Origin: an archaeon
GTDB taxonomy: Archaea; Micrarchaeota; Micrarchaeia; Micrarchaeales; CABMGC01
Assembly: GCA_039793645.1 (NCBI GenBank)
Contig: JBAMLI010000048.1
Span: 1 to 50,312, forward strand
DNA length: 50,312 nucleotides
Direction of reading: 5' to 3'
Below, in pieces: positions 26,159 through 36,130 of this stretch. Position 1 is the first letter of the stretch, and every line of letters begins with the position of its first letter. The notes under the pieces were generated by a model. It was not told the DNA's origin, ran no database searches, and saw only the letters and a program-made list of their open reading frames with translations. Made by a program: the position numbers and the translations under genes.

Positions 26159-27217
26159 TTGGTGAGGAGGATAGAGTTTAGGCAGCAGTTCGATATACTT
26201 ATACTTTTTATGATTGTGCAGTTTGGGGGCCTTCTTGTTGCAAGCCTTGTCTACACTACAACTCCGATAACTTATATTAATAGCAGCAGCCAAAGCAGTG
26301 AAATAAATACTCCGCAGCAGGCTTTGTGGTTCTTCGCATACTTCATAATAGCCACGCTTATCATACTCTTGGCTTTCAAGCTATACCATGGGGATATTCT
26401 TTTTAGGCTCTTTGAAGCCTTTGTTATAGTGGTGCCTTCTTTTTTTGTATTTGCAATTGTAATTGGATATCTCTTTCCAAATGCGAATATTAGCATAGTC
26501 TCTTTTGCTGCATTGGCCATGGCTATTGCCCTTATAGTGGCCAAAAATAAGTACAGCTGGTCAAAGAATGCAGTTGTAATAATAGCAAGCATAGGAGTAG
26601 GGCTTGTCCTTGGGATAGATTTTAGCTTTGGGATCGCATACCTTCTTGTGCTTATAATAGCTGCATATGACTATATTGCTGTTTTCGTTACAAAGCATAT
26701 GCTAACCTTAGCAAAGGTTGTGTCAAGCAAGGACTTGGCTTTTCTCATAGCTTCTACAGATATAGAAGTTATACCGAAGGGATTCTTCACAAAGAAAGAG
26801 GCAAAGAAGTATGAAGAGTACAAAAAGGAAATCAAAAAAGTAAATAATCCGATAATAAAAAAGCTTATCCAAAAAGGCAAGCTTCCGCTTATAAGCCAAG
26901 TGCAGCTTGGAGCTGGCGACCTTGGCATACCGCTTATGCTTGCAATAAGCTCATATAAAATAGGGTATAATTATTTCCTGCCAATTGCTGTTATAATCGG
27001 CGGCTCCATAGGAATGCTGTTCACCATGTACATACAGAAAAAGTACCTTGTGCCGCTCCCTGCGATACCTCCTCTCTTCTCCTTCATGAGCATTGCGCTC
27101 GGCCTTGCTGTCCTTCCTATAAGCGTGCAAGATGGAATCGTAATGATGCTTGCAGGCATCATTGTGCTTACAACATTTGTTATTGGAGCATTTAAAAGCT
27201 CAAAAGAGAAATCTTAG
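26159..27217 (+). CDS. presenilin / signal-peptide-peptidase-like intramembrane aspartyl protease (peptidase A22 family)
   Basis: Polytopic membrane protein with YD (AAYDYIAVF), GxGD (LGAGDLGIP) and a PAL-like motif (PLPAIPPLF) in the expected order. The start is uncertain: TTG 26159, GTG 26162 or ATG 26207. Confidence 0.7.
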   Translation: MVRRIEFRQQFDILILFMIVQFGGLLVASLVYTTTPITYINSSSQSSEINTPQQALWFFAYFIIATLIILLAFKLYHGDILFRLFEAFVIVVPSFFVFAIVIGYLFPNANISIVSFAALAMAIALIVAKNKYSWSKNAVVIIASIGVGLVLGIDFSFGIAYLLVLIIAAYDYIAVFVTKHMLTLAKVVSSKDLAFLIASTDIEVIPKGFFTKKEAKKYEEYKKEIKKVNNPIIKKLIQKGKLPLISQVQLGAGDLGIPLMLAISSYKIGYNYFLPIAVIIGGSIGMLFTMYIQKKYLVPLPAIPPLFSFMSIALGLAVLPISVQDGIVMMLAGIIVLTTFVIGAFKSSKEKS

Positions 27218-28320
27218 AAGAACCATTTCTTTTTATCTCCGCCTCCTTCCTTAAGTTCTTTGAACTTCTTGATAAGCTCTTCCTCTTCTTTTGAGAGATA
27301 TTTAGGAAGGGAGATGTTTACTATTATTATCTCGTCTCCAGTTCCTTTTGGACTCCTTATTCCTTCGCCATGCATGACTATCTTTTCGCCATGCTGTATG
27401 CCACGCGGTATCTCAATTTCTTTCTCTCCATTAAGTGTTGGAACTTTTACTCTACCCCCAAGGAGCGCTATATAGAATGGTATTGTTATTGAAGTGTATA
27501 TGTCATTGCCCACCCTCTTGAAAAGCCTGTGCTCAAGAATGTGCACCTCAACAAACATGTCTCCAGCCCCTCCCTTTGAATAATCGCCCATGCCCTTCAG
27601 CCTGAGCCTTGTTCCATCCTCTATTCCTGGAGGTATCTTTACCACTACTTTTTCATCGCTTACTACTCCGCCAGTGCCATTGCAAACCTTGCATGGCTTG
27701 TCATAGATCTTGCCTGTCCCGCCGCACCGTGGGCATACAGTAGAGGTCTGTATTCTTCCAAAAAATGTATTTCTAGTTGTTACTATAAAACCAGTGCCAT
27801 TGCATTCCGGGCATTTTATGAGCTTTGCATTTGGCTCTGCCCCACTTCCGTTGCAGTGGGGGCACTTCTTTATGTGCCTAAACCTAATCTCTTTTTCAGC
27901 TCCTTTGGCAGCTTCTTCGAGTGTGATATCTAGCCTGTAGAGGATGCTTTGCCCTACATTGTGATGCTGCCTGCGCCTTGGAGTGCCGAAAATATCTTCC
28001 CCTCCAAAATCAAAAAAATCAAAATCAAAATTCAAGCCAAGGTCTTTGAAAATATCTTCAATGTTAAAGCCACGGAAGATGTCTTCTTCTGTGTACTTCT
28101 GGCCAAATCCAGCTGGACCATACATGTCGTATTGCCTTCTTTTTTCAGGGTCGCTGAGCACTGCATATGCTTCATTGATCTCTTTGAACTTTTCCTCTGC
28201 TTCTTTTGACTTGTTCCTGTCTGGATGGTATTTTAAAGCTAGCTCCCTGTAAGCTTTCTTAATCTGGTCTAGCGTAGCATCATGCGGTACCCCCAATATG
28301 TCATAGTAGTCCTTTGGCAT
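27214..28320 (-). CDS. dnaJ: molecular chaperone DnaJ
   Basis: J domain with HPD (KYHPDRN), G/F region, four CxxCxGxG repeats. 368 aa. Confidence 0.95.
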   Translation of the reverse strand: MPKDYYDILGVPHDATLDQIKKAYRELALKYHPDRNKSKEAEEKFKEINEAYAVLSDPEKRRQYDMYGPAGFGQKYTEEDIFRGFNIEDIFKDLGLNFDFDFFDFGGEDIFGTPRRRQHHNVGQSILYRLDITLEEAAKGAEKEIRFRHIKKCPHCNGSGAEPNAKLIKCPECNGTGFIVTTRNTFFGRIQTSTVCPRCGGTGKIYDKPCKVCNGTGGVVSDEKVVVKIPPGIEDGTRLRLKGMGDYSKGGAGDMFVEVHILEHRLFKRVGNDIYTSITIPFYIALLGGRVKVPTLNGEKEIEIPRGIQHGEKIVMHGEGIRSPKGTGDEIIIVNISLPKYLSKEEEELIKKFKELKEGGGDKKKWFF

Positions 28321-28333
28321 TTAGTCACTCGCC

Positions 28334-30181
28334 TCACTTTTCTACCCTGAAATCTGCATCTGTTGTATTGCCACCTTCCTGGCCTCCAGCTCCCGGACCA
28401 GAGCTGCTAGGGCCAAAATTCCCAGAGCTGCTGCTTCCCTTGTAGAGCTCTTCTCCAAGCTTTTCAAGAGCTTCTTTAAGCGCTTCCATCTTCGCCTTGA
28501 TCTCACTCTCGTTTTCTTTCTTAATTGCTTCCTGCAATTCTCTCTTCGCCTTTTCTATGTTGTCTACAACCTCCTTTGATACTTTGTCCTTGCTGTCTTT
28601 GAGCGTTCTATCTGCAGTATATATCAAGGATTCTGCTGTATTCTTGAGCTCTATATATTCCCTTATCTTCCTGTCTTCCTCTGCGTACTTCTCTGCTTCT
28701 CTTGTCTTCTCCTCTATCTCCTCCCTAGACATCTTGTTCGGCGCCACTACCTTCATGCTCTGCTCTTTTCCAGTTGCTTTGTCTCTTGCAGTAACGTGGA
28801 GTATACCATTTGCATCTATATCGAATGTGACCTCTATTTGAGGTGTGCCTCTTGGCGCTGGAGGTATGCCAGTTAGGGTGAACCTGCCAAGCGAGATATT
28901 GTCCTTTGCAAGAGCCCTTTCGCCCTGTAATATATGTATATCAACGCTTGTCTGCATGTCTTCTGCGGTGGTGAATATCTGGGACCTCCTTACTGGTATT
29001 GTGGTATTCCTTTCTATTATCTTAGTCATCACTCCTCCTAGTGTCTCTATGCCCAATGAAAGTGGAGTTACGTCAAGAAGTACCACATCCTTGACCTCTC
29101 CTGTAAGAACACCAGCTTGTATTGCTGCGCCAAATGCTACTGCTTCCATAGGGTCGACGCCACGCTCAATCTTCTTTCCAAGAAGTTGCTCTACATATCT
29201 CTGCACTATTGGCATCCTTGTAGGGCCTCCGATTAGTATGACCTTGTCTATGTCTTTTGGCTCAAGCTTTGCATCCTTTAGGGCTTGCATCACTGGTTTT
29301 GTTGTCCTCTCCACTATCGGAAGGACTATCTCCTCAAGCTTTGCCCTTGTAAGGGTGTATGAGAAGTGGATTGGAGAGTTTCCTGGGCCTATTGTAAGGA
29401 ATGGTAGGTTGATTTCTGTTTGCAAAGTTGTTGAAAGCTCTATCTTTGCCTTTTCAGCAGCTTCCCTTAGCCTTTGCATTGCCTGCTTGTCTTGCGATAT
29501 ATCAACTCCGAAAGAGGACTTTATCTCTTTGAGCAAGAAATCAACTATCGCATTGTCCATGTCTGTTCCGCCAAGTTGAGTGTCTCCGCTTGTTGCCTTT
29601 ACTTCAAATACGCCATTTCCAAATTCCATTATTGTTACATCAAGAGTTCCACCTCCAAAGTCATAGACCAATATCTTCATTTCCTTGTTGAGCTTGTCAA
29701 TTCCGTATGCTAGGCATGCTGCAGTAGGCTCGTTTACCAATCTAACGACTTCAAGCCCTGCTATCTCTCCAGCATCCTTAGTTGCTTGCCTTTGGTTGTC
29801 GTTGAAGTATGCTGGCACTGTTATTACTGCTTGTTTTACCTCTTCTCCAAGGAATGCTTCTGCATCGTGCTTTATTTTTTGCAAGAGCATTGCTGAAAGC
29901 TCTTGAGGCGTGTATTCTTTTCCGAATATCTTGTACTTGTAATCAGTTCCCATCTTCCTCTTGAATCCTGTTACTGTTCCCTCTGGATTTGCTACTGCCT
30001 GCCTTCTTGCAGGTTCGCCAACAAGGCGCTGGCCATCCTTTGTGAATGCAACATAGCTTGGAAATGCCTTTCCATAAAGCGTAATTCCTTCAGCGCTTGG
30101 TATTAGGACAGGCCTACCGCCCTCTAACACAGCAGCTGCGGAATTCGAAGTTCCTAAATCTATTCCTATGATTTTTGCCAT
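28334..30181 (-). CDS. dnaK: molecular chaperone DnaK (Hsp70)
   Basis: [26 protein letters not shown]. 615 aa. Confidence 0.97.
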   Translation of the reverse strand: MAKIIGIDLGTSNSAAAVLEGGRPVLIPSAEGITLYGKAFPSYVAFTKDGQRLVGEPARRQAVANPEGTVTGFKRKMGTDYKYKIFGKEYTPQELSAMLLQKIKHDAEAFLGEEVKQAVITVPAYFNDNQRQATKDAGEIAGLEVVRLVNEPTAACLAYGIDKLNKEMKILVYDFGGGTLDVTIMEFGNGVFEVKATSGDTQLGGTDMDNAIVDFLLKEIKSSFGVDISQDKQAMQRLREAAEKAKIELSTTLQTEINLPFLTIGPGNSPIHFSYTLTRAKLEEIVLPIVERTTKPVMQALKDAKLEPKDIDKVILIGGPTRMPIVQRYVEQLLGKKIERGVDPMEAVAFGAAIQAGVLTGEVKDVVLLDVTPLSLGIETLGGVMTKIIERNTTIPVRRSQIFTTAEDMQTSVDIHILQGERALAKDNISLGRFTLTGIPPAPRGTPQIEVTFDIDANGILHVTARDKATGKEQSMKVVAPNKMSREEIEEKTREAEKYAEEDRKIREYIELKNTAESLIYTADRTLKDSKDKVSKEVVDNIEKAKRELQEAIKKENESEIKAKMEALKEALEKLGEELYKGSSSSGNFGPSSSGPGAGGQEGGNTTDADFRVEK

Positions 30182-30208
30182 AAAATCACCTTTTCCATTT
30201 TATTCATT

Positions 30209-30787
30209 TTATTTGCTTGCGCTTTGCGCTTCTTCTTTATGCCTTGCAACTATTACGGTTGCAGGCCTAAGCAAAATGCCATTAAGCATATAGCCCTTTC
30301 TCACCACTTCGAGTATTGTGCCGTCTTTCTCTTTGCTCTCTTTGGTCAATATTATCTCATGCTTGTATGGATCATATTTGCCGTTTGTTTCTATCTCTGA
30401 AAGCCCCTCGCTCTTCAAAGCTTCAATGAAATTTGAGAATATCATCTCAAATCCCTTTATGTCTTTGCTGTCTTTGCTTACTGAAAGTGCTAGTTCAAAT
30501 TCATCTAGCGTTGGAAGAAGTTTCTTCATGAGCTCTGCTTTGCCAATTAGCTTTGAATTCTCGATGTCTCTTGCTGCTCTTTTCTTGTAATTGTCGAATT
30601 CTGCTGCAAGCCTGAGAAGCCTATCCTTAAGCTCTAGATATTCGCTTTCCTTTACTAGCTTTTCTTCTTTGTTGCTCTGCTCTGCTTGATGCTCTTGCTT
30701 CTCTTCCTTGCCAGCTTCTTGGGCTTGGCCTTTCTGCTCATTATTCTCAGCATTTTCTTCATTCCTTTCTCTTTTTTCTTCCACCAT
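30209..30787 (-). CDS. grpE: nucleotide exchange factor GrpE
   Basis: Acidic N-terminal tail, coiled coil (RLAAEFDNYKKRAARD), C-terminal beta domain (VVRKGYMLNGILLRPATVIV). The ATG at 30787 is preferred over the GTG at 30796. Overlaps the upstream gene by 29 nt. Confidence 0.9.
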   Translation of the reverse strand: MVEEKRERNEENAENNEQKGQAQEAGKEEKQEHQAEQSNKEEKLVKESEYLELKDRLLRLAAEFDNYKKRAARDIENSKLIGKAELMKKLLPTLDEFELALSVSKDSKDIKGFEMIFSNFIEALKSEGLSEIETNGKYDPYKHEIILTKESKEKDGTILEVVRKGYMLNGILLRPATVIVARHKEEAQSASK

Positions 30788-31181
30788 AAATCTCACGTGT
30801 TATGAGTTCATCAAATTTTTCCGCAAATTCAATGAGCTTGCTGAATTCCATAAGCATATCCCTCTGAAGCTCGGCAATCGTATCCTCCATGCTCATAGAC
30901 CTTAGGAAGTATTTCCTTCCTCGCCTTACTATTAAGCCTGCGCTTATGAACCTGTTGAGGTGGTATATCACTGTGCTTCTTGGTATCTTCATTTTTTGGT
31001 AAAGCTCCTTGCTTGTTGCACCTTCACCTAATAGGCTTTTGCTTATTATTTCCCTGAGTATGCGCGGCTCTAGCTCTTCCTCTAGGTCAAATGCCTTGCA
31101 GAACCATTTGACCAGATCATCTACTGTCTCCTTCTGTGGCCTCGAAAGTGGCTTTATTATGAGCTTTTCTTCGCTAGGCAT
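30759..31181 (-). CDS. winged-helix DNA-binding protein, first-in-line upstream of grpE-dnaK-dnaJ
   Basis: HTH/wing segment ATSKELYQKMKIPRSTVIYHLNRFISAGLIVRRGRKYFL, followed by a helical C-terminal region. Same strand as grpE, with a 3' end overlapping it. Confidence 0.6.
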   Translation of the reverse strand: MPSEEKLIIKPLSRPQKETVDDLVKWFCKAFDLEEELEPRILREIISKSLLGEGATSKELYQKMKIPRSTVIYHLNRFISAGLIVRRGRKYFLRSMSMEDTIAELQRDMLMEFSKLIEFAEKFDELITREIYGGRKKRKE

Positions 31182-31249
31182 ATAATTAATTTATGTATAG
31201 AAATATTTAAAAATATTTCGTTTTTTTCAATAAAAAGTTGAAATTTCAA

Positions 31250-31717
31250 TTAAATTTTGTTCAAATGTCTCTCTCTGCCAATTGAGCTGAGCGACTCGAT
31301 TATTTTTTGGATCAGCGCCTTTGAATTTTCTATATTTTCCTTGCTATTTGGATATACATATACTATGGACGCAAATGTTGTCGTTAGTATACTTTGCTCT
31401 GAAAAAGGATTTGCTGATGGGATCATCTTCCTTTCAAGGCCAAAATTAGATATATCTATATTGTAGAGCTTCTTGAGGATATTTTCGTCGAGAATATTTA
31501 TATACAATATTCTTAGCTCATCGTTTCTTGCGAGCTCTGTATATCTTTCCATCAGCTTGCTTATTACCGATTTTTCTTCTGCACCAAGGTCTTTCCTATG
31601 CAAAGAAAACAAATGCACAGCCAGACCTGCGTTCTCACGGCCCTCCAGCAGCTTCTTTATCTTCAGCAGCTGCTTTTCCAGCACCAAAGTTCCATATACA
31701 ATTTCTTCGCTGTCCAC
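31250..31717 (-). CDS. hypothetical protein (155 aa, GTG start) upstream of the wHTH gene
   Basis: Clean ORF on the same strand, 68 nt upstream of the wHTH gene. No motif recognised. Confidence 0.5.
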   Translation of the reverse strand: MDSEEIVYGTLVLEKQLLKIKKLLEGRENAGLAVHLFSLHRKDLGAEEKSVISKLMERYTELARNDELRILYINILDENILKKLYNIDISNFGLERKMIPSANPFSEQSILTTTFASIVYVYPNSKENIENSKALIQKIIESLSSIGRERHLNKI

Positions 31718-31813
31718 GGAATCTTATATGTCTTTATACAAATAAAAATTTTTGCTTTGTTTATAACAATCCATACAAAACAAAAAAAGAAAGATATAAA
31801 ATAATTAAAAACC

Positions 31814-31850
31814 TATTGCAAATTGATACTATTAAAGGCTTATTGCAAAT
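31814..31850 (+). repeat. two direct copies of TATTGCAAAT spaced 27 nt apart in a divergent promoter region
   Basis: Read directly at 31814-31823 and 31841-31850, between an AT-rich TATA-like stretch (around 31790-31810) and the GTG at 31861. Confidence 0.7.
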
Positions 31851-31860
31851 CGGTGGTTCC

Positions 31861-32127
31861 GTGGATAAGAAAGAGATCTTCGAAAGGCTGTCTTCCAGGG
31901 TAATGGGGTATGATGAGATCAATGAGATTCTAAGAATAAAATCGGAGATATACGACTACAAACTGCTAAAAGAATTGGGGGAGGTTAGGAGGAAGGTAGA
32001 GCAATATATAAACGAAGGTATGGATGAGAAAGCAGAAAAGGTTGTGGAAAAATTTGAAAAAAAGCTCAACAAAATAAAAAAGAAGCTTGAAGAAGAGCTT
32101 AAGCGCGCCAAGAGAGGAGCAAACTAA
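31861..32127 (+). CDS. hypothetical coiled-coil protein (88 aa, GTG start)
   Basis: Charged heptad-like sequence (KVEQYINEGMDEKAEKVVEKFEKKLNKIKKKLEEELKRAK). The track ORF start at 31528 overlaps the opposite-strand gene, so I trimmed to the first start after it. Confidence 0.4.
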   Translation: MDKKEIFERLSSRVMGYDEINEILRIKSEIYDYKLLKELGEVRRKVEQYINEGMDEKAEKVVEKFEKKLNKIKKKLEEELKRAKRGAN

Positions 32128-32169
32128 AAACAAAAATGAGCTAATACGGGCTGCTTTTTTGGAAATTTG

Positions 32170-32254
32170 TGGACTCCGCGGGATTTTCACAAATGCTTCG
32201 AACCCGCAACCTCCTGCATGCCATGCAGGCGCGCTACCATTGCGCCAGGAGCCC
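32170..32254 (-). tRNA. tRNA-Ala (anticodon GGC) with an approximately 13-nt insertion in the T-loop
   Basis: Reverse strand: GGGCTCC-TG-GCGC-AATGGTA-GCGC-G-CCTGC-ATGGCAT-GCAGG-AGGTT-GCGGG-TTCGAA[GCATTTGTGAAAA]T-CCCGC-GGAGTCC-A. The G3:U70 alanine identity pair is present. Confidence 0.85.
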
Positions 32255-32263
32255 ACGAGAATA

Positions 32264-32491
32264 TTACATTACAGGCGAGATAAAAAGTATATTTCCGCCT
32301 CTTAATAGTATAGTGCCGAGCTTTGCCTTAAGGTTGCCATCTTCAAGCTCTTCGGCATTTTCAAGCACTATGTTCATGTGCACGTCAAAAGAGGTTACTC
32401 TGCCCCGTATCTCTGTATTGTTCTTCAGCCTCACTAATATTTGCTGCCCAATCGCTTTGTTGAGCAGGTCAAAAGGTCTTTCTTGCGCCAT
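32264..32491 (-). CDS. archaeal Sm-like protein (SmAP/LSm)
   Basis: Sm1 motif (ILVRLKNNTEIRGRVTSFDVHMNIVLENAEE) and Sm2 motif (ILLRGGNILFISP). ATG at 32491, alternative TTG at 32503. Confidence 0.88.
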   Translation of the reverse strand: MAQERPFDLLNKAIGQQILVRLKNNTEIRGRVTSFDVHMNIVLENAEELEDGNLKAKLGTILLRGGNILFISPVM

Positions 32492-32533
32492 TTCCTTCAC
32501 CAAAATTCTAATCTAAAAACGCCAAATATATTT

Positions 32534-33577
32534 TTATTTTTCGCTTTTTCTGCTTATCTTGGAAAGATCATCTTTCCTTATGGCAAGCTTGACAATGCCA
32601 GTGCCAAGAGATATCTGCTTGCCAACGAGTATGCTCTCAGTCACGCCCTTCATAGGGTCTACTTCGCCAAATGCTGCGGCATTTATTATGTGCTTGACAG
32701 TCTCTTCGTATGCTGCCCTAGCAAAGACCGACCTCTTCTCCCCTGTAAGCCCATGCCTTCCAACGTTCTTTATCTCCCCGCTGTGTGTCATTGCATCTGC
32801 AAGCAGAAGTATGTGCCTTGGGCTTACGGAAATGCCTTGCTGCTCAAGCGTTGACATTATCTCGTTTGCAATTGTATTCCTTGCGGCCTCTATCCCAAAG
32901 ACTTTGTACATCTCAAATATGTCATTTGAATATATTCTTCTCTTGTCCACTCCTTCGATGTTCAAGAAAGGCGTTATGCTTCCTTTGTCTGTCAATATGT
33001 AATACTCACCTGTCTTCTTATCCTGCTGCAATACGCATGTGCCAGCGCCTTCGACTCCATTTATGGTGAGGTTCATTATCTTTATGGCAGTTTCTCTTAT
33101 CAGCTTCACGTCCTTCTTGTGCAAATTTACTTTCACTTCCTTTTCGCTTGACTCAACATCTAACTTAAGGAGCTTTGCTATTTTTGACCCGACTTCCTTT
33201 ACTGTAAGCTCATTTGCTTCAAGCTTCTGCGCGTCTAGCAGGAATGTAATTTTGCTTTTGCCAAAATTCTCTACAACATGCTTGACAACGCTTGACATCT
33301 TCACCTCGTTAAGCTTCCTTGCAAGCTCACTCGCTTTCTCGAAATTGTTCTTTATCTTTTCATCCAAGTAGATGTATGTGAAAGGGGAGCTTGGCTTCTT
33401 TCTTGCATCGACAAGCTCTATCATCCTAGGGAGCCCTGCAGTGGCCATCTTTGAGGCTATTCCTGCGAGGTGGAATGAACTTATAATCATCTGCGTTCCA
33501 GGCTCTCCTATGGACTGGGCTGCAACTACTCCAACAGGCTCGCCTGGGTTAACCAAATATTTTCCTTTCTTTTCCAT
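32534..33577 (-). CDS. rpoA2: DNA-directed RNA polymerase subunit A''
   Basis: [22 protein letters not shown], ...[23 protein letters not shown] at 33577 just after the rpoA' stop; alternative GTG at 33586. Confidence 0.95.
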   Translation of the reverse strand: MEKKGKYLVNPGEPVGVVAAQSIGEPGTQMIISSFHLAGIASKMATAGLPRMIELVDARKKPSSPFTYIYLDEKIKNNFEKASELARKLNEVKMSSVVKHVVENFGKSKITFLLDAQKLEANELTVKEVGSKIAKLLKLDVESSEKEVKVNLHKKDVKLIRETAIKIMNLTINGVEGAGTCVLQQDKKTGEYYILTDKGSITPFLNIEGVDKRRIYSNDIFEMYKVFGIEAARNTIANEIMSTLEQQGISVSPRHILLLADAMTHSGEIKNVGRHGLTGEKRSVFARAAYEETVKHIINAAAFGEVDPMKGVTESILVGKQISLGTGIVKLAIRKDDLSKISRKSEK

Positions 33578-33578
33578 C

Positions 33579-36125
33579 TTAATCACTTGCCTTCATCTCA
33601 TTTATTCTTTCCTTTATAGGGTCTATGCCGTCTCCTCCGTATATCGTCTGGAGGAGCCTGCCATGCACATCCCTAACGCTGAGATCATATTCGACATAAT
33701 AATCTTGGAGTGCATTGCTAACCCTTCTATATAGGTATCCGCTCCTTGCTGTGAGAAGCGCCTTATAAACCTCAGAGCCTCTAGAACCTATAGCATGCAT
33801 ATAGAAGTCAATCGGCGAAAGGCCATAGAAATAATTTGTAGTTACAAAACCCCTTGCAGGAGGGGATATGTCGTTTGGCTGTATATGCGGCAGTACCCTG
33901 TTTGTGCTGTAGCCTCTCTTGATCCTGCCTCCAGACTGGGTTGCTTGCTGGCCGAGGAACATCTCCATCTGCACGACCTGCAATATGCTACCCCTGGACC
34001 CGGCAAAAGCCATCAATATTACATCATTGTCTTCCTCGCTATGCGTAGCGACATACTGCCCTGCACTCTCTCTCGCCAAATCGAGCTCAGAGATGATCAT
34101 CCTCTCAAGAGACTGCCTGAGTGTATAGCCTACCAAAGGCTCAAGCTTTCTATTTTTGTAGCTCTCTATAAGCTCATTGATCTTCTTGAAAGTCCTTTCT
34201 ATTATGGCTTTCCTTTCTTCTTCGACTTCCCTATTGACAAGGTATTCTTTTATGCCGACAGTTATCCCCATTTTTGTTACAAAAGCATCTACAAGCCTTG
34301 AGGATTTGTTCAAGAAATCTCTTACCGCCTCCATGCCGAAGTCAGCCCCAAGCTTTGCGAGGAGCTTGCTTCCTCTTCCATATGTAGATTTGTTAAGCAC
34401 TCCTTCAACAAGCTTTCCATTCACTATCTTGATTGTCTGGTCCTTAAGCTTCTGCTCAAAATTGAATGTAGAAGGAAAGAGCAGCGAGAAGACATCTTTT
34501 CCTGCGTACATGCCATCTTTGCCAGGCTTAGGCAATTCGTATATGCCTGCAAGCGCAAGAAGCTCGCTTGCCTCTTTCTTTGTGAGCCTTGTGGAGTCTT
34601 TTGTAAGCAAATATGCGCCAGTAATCCCGTCCTCGTTGTTTGTTATTATTGCATCTCCTGTTCTTGGCGAGAATACTTGGTTGCTGACCCACATCAAGTA
34701 TTTGGCTTCTGCCTGGGCCTCAAGCGTTTGAGGCACATGCAAATTCATCTCGTCTCCATCGAAGTCCGCTCCGTATGGATGGGTGGTATCATAATTAAGC
34801 CTGAATGTCCTTCCAGGAAGCACCCTTACTTTATGGGCCATTATGTTGATCCTGTGCAATGATGGCTGCCTGTTGAATATGACAATGTCGCCGTCTACAA
34901 GCTGCCTTTCAAGTATGTCCCCTGGCGAGATGCTCTTTATTATTTCTTCCCTCGCCCCCTCGACAATCCTCTTCCTCTTGCCGTCTTTTGTTATAATGCC
35001 AACTACCATAGGGTACTCGCTCCTTGAGAGCCACTCCCTTGCTTTTTCAATATTCCACTCAGTCACGTAGAAAGGAACTGTGAGCTTCTTTGCAACCTCA
35101 TACGGTACGCCAACCTCATCTATGTCTATGTATGGATCCACAGAAATGACTGTCCTTGCTGAAAAGTTGACCCTCTTTCCGCTCAGGTTATATCTAAATC
35201 TTCCCTCTTTTCCCTTCAGACGCTGGGCAAGCGTCTTCAACGCCCTTCCGCTCCTGTGCCTTGCAGGGGGTATGCCTGGAGCTTCGTTGTTGAAATAAGT
35301 TGTAACATTATACTGCAAAAGTTCCCAAAGGTCGTCTATAATTATCTGCGGCGCTCCCGCATTTATATTCTGCTCTAGCCTCTGGTTTATCCTCATTATG
35401 TCTACAAGCTTGTGCGTGAGGTCGTCTTCGCTTCTCTCTCCAGACTCAAGGGTTATTGAAGGCCTCACATTCACCGGAGGCACCAAAAGATTGGTGAGGA
35501 CAAGCCATTCTGGCCTGCTTGTTTCAGGGTCTATTCCGAGAAGCCTAAGGTCGTCATCGCTTATCTTGCTTAGCCTCTCCCTTATCTCGTCAGGCTTGAG
35601 CCTCCTATCGCCAATGTAGAAGTATGTTGGCGGCTCGAACTTTATCTTTTCCTGCACAGCTCCGCAGTGGGGGCACTTCTTGATGCTCCTTAGCTTCTTC
35701 AAGAGCTGGTTCTTCTCGTTTAGCTTGTCTGTCTCTACCTCTTCCTCCCCCTCGCTTACAACCACAGTCTTGATGATTTCCCTGAGGTCGTTTATCTGCT
35801 CTTGGCTTAGCAAGACCCTGCCGCACTCTTGGCATGTGGATTGAAGAAGCATGTAGATTATTCTTGCAAACTCAGAATGTATTACAGGCCTTACAAGCTC
35901 AATGTGCCCGAAATGCCCAGGGCACGCCTTTGCCTTGGCTCCGCATGTCTTGCAAACAAGGCCTGGGTCTATAACCCCAAGCCTCTGGTCTAGAAGGCCT
36001 CCGTCTATAGGGTAGCCATCCTCGTTGTATGTGTCTGGCACAGTAAGCTTCGCAACGCTCAGCTTCCTTATCTGCTCAGGAGAGAGAACGCCAAACTTTA
36101 TATATTCTATAGACTCAGCTTGCAT
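33579..36125 (-). CDS. rpoA1: DNA-directed RNA polymerase subunit A'
   Basis: Zn motifs CKTCG...[10 protein letters not shown] and the catalytic [16 protein letters not shown] at 36125 preceded by GGAG; alternative GTG at 36134. Confidence 0.96.
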   Translation of the reverse strand: MQAESIEYIKFGVLSPEQIRKLSVAKLTVPDTYNEDGYPIDGGLLDQRLGVIDPGLVCKTCGAKAKACPGHFGHIELVRPVIHSEFARIIYMLLQSTCQECGRVLLSQEQINDLREIIKTVVVSEGEEEVETDKLNEKNQLLKKLRSIKKCPHCGAVQEKIKFEPPTYFYIGDRRLKPDEIRERLSKISDDDLRLLGIDPETSRPEWLVLTNLLVPPVNVRPSITLESGERSEDDLTHKLVDIMRINQRLEQNINAGAPQIIIDDLWELLQYNVTTYFNNEAPGIPPARHRSGRALKTLAQRLKGKEGRFRYNLSGKRVNFSARTVISVDPYIDIDEVGVPYEVAKKLTVPFYVTEWNIEKAREWLSRSEYPMVVGIITKDGKRKRIVEGAREEIIKSISPGDILERQLVDGDIVIFNRQPSLHRINIMAHKVRVLPGRTFRLNYDTTHPYGADFDGDEMNLHVPQTLEAQAEAKYLMWVSNQVFSPRTGDAIITNNEDGITGAYLLTKDSTRLTKKEASELLALAGIYELPKPGKDGMYAGKDVFSLLFPSTFNFEQKLKDQTIKIVNGKLVEGVLNKSTYGRGSKLLAKLGADFGMEAVRDFLNKSSRLVDAFVTKMGITVGIKEYLVNREVEEERKAIIERTFKKINELIESYKNRKLEPLVGYTLRQSLERMIISELDLARESAGQYVATHSEEDNDVILMAFAGSRGSILQVVQMEMFLGQQATQSGGRIKRGYSTNRVLPHIQPNDISPPARGFVTTNYFYGLSPIDFYMHAIGSRGSEVYKALLTARSGYLYRRVSNALQDYYVEYDLSVRDVHGRLLQTIYGGDGIDPIKERINEMKASD

Positions 36126-36130
36126 AAATA

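Noticed and set aside
28845-29579. 244-aa plus-strand ORF antisense to dnaK (and neighbours at 28497-28841 and 29474-30106)
   Set aside because: Same antisense artefact inside a highly conserved Hsp70 gene. Ser/Ile/Pro-rich and low-complexity.
31528-31860. Upstream 111 codons of the track ORF 31528-32127
   Set aside because: It overlaps the opposite-strand 155-aa gene and then crosses an AT-rich promoter-like spacer. The composition changes sharply at the GTG at 31861, so I trimmed the call.
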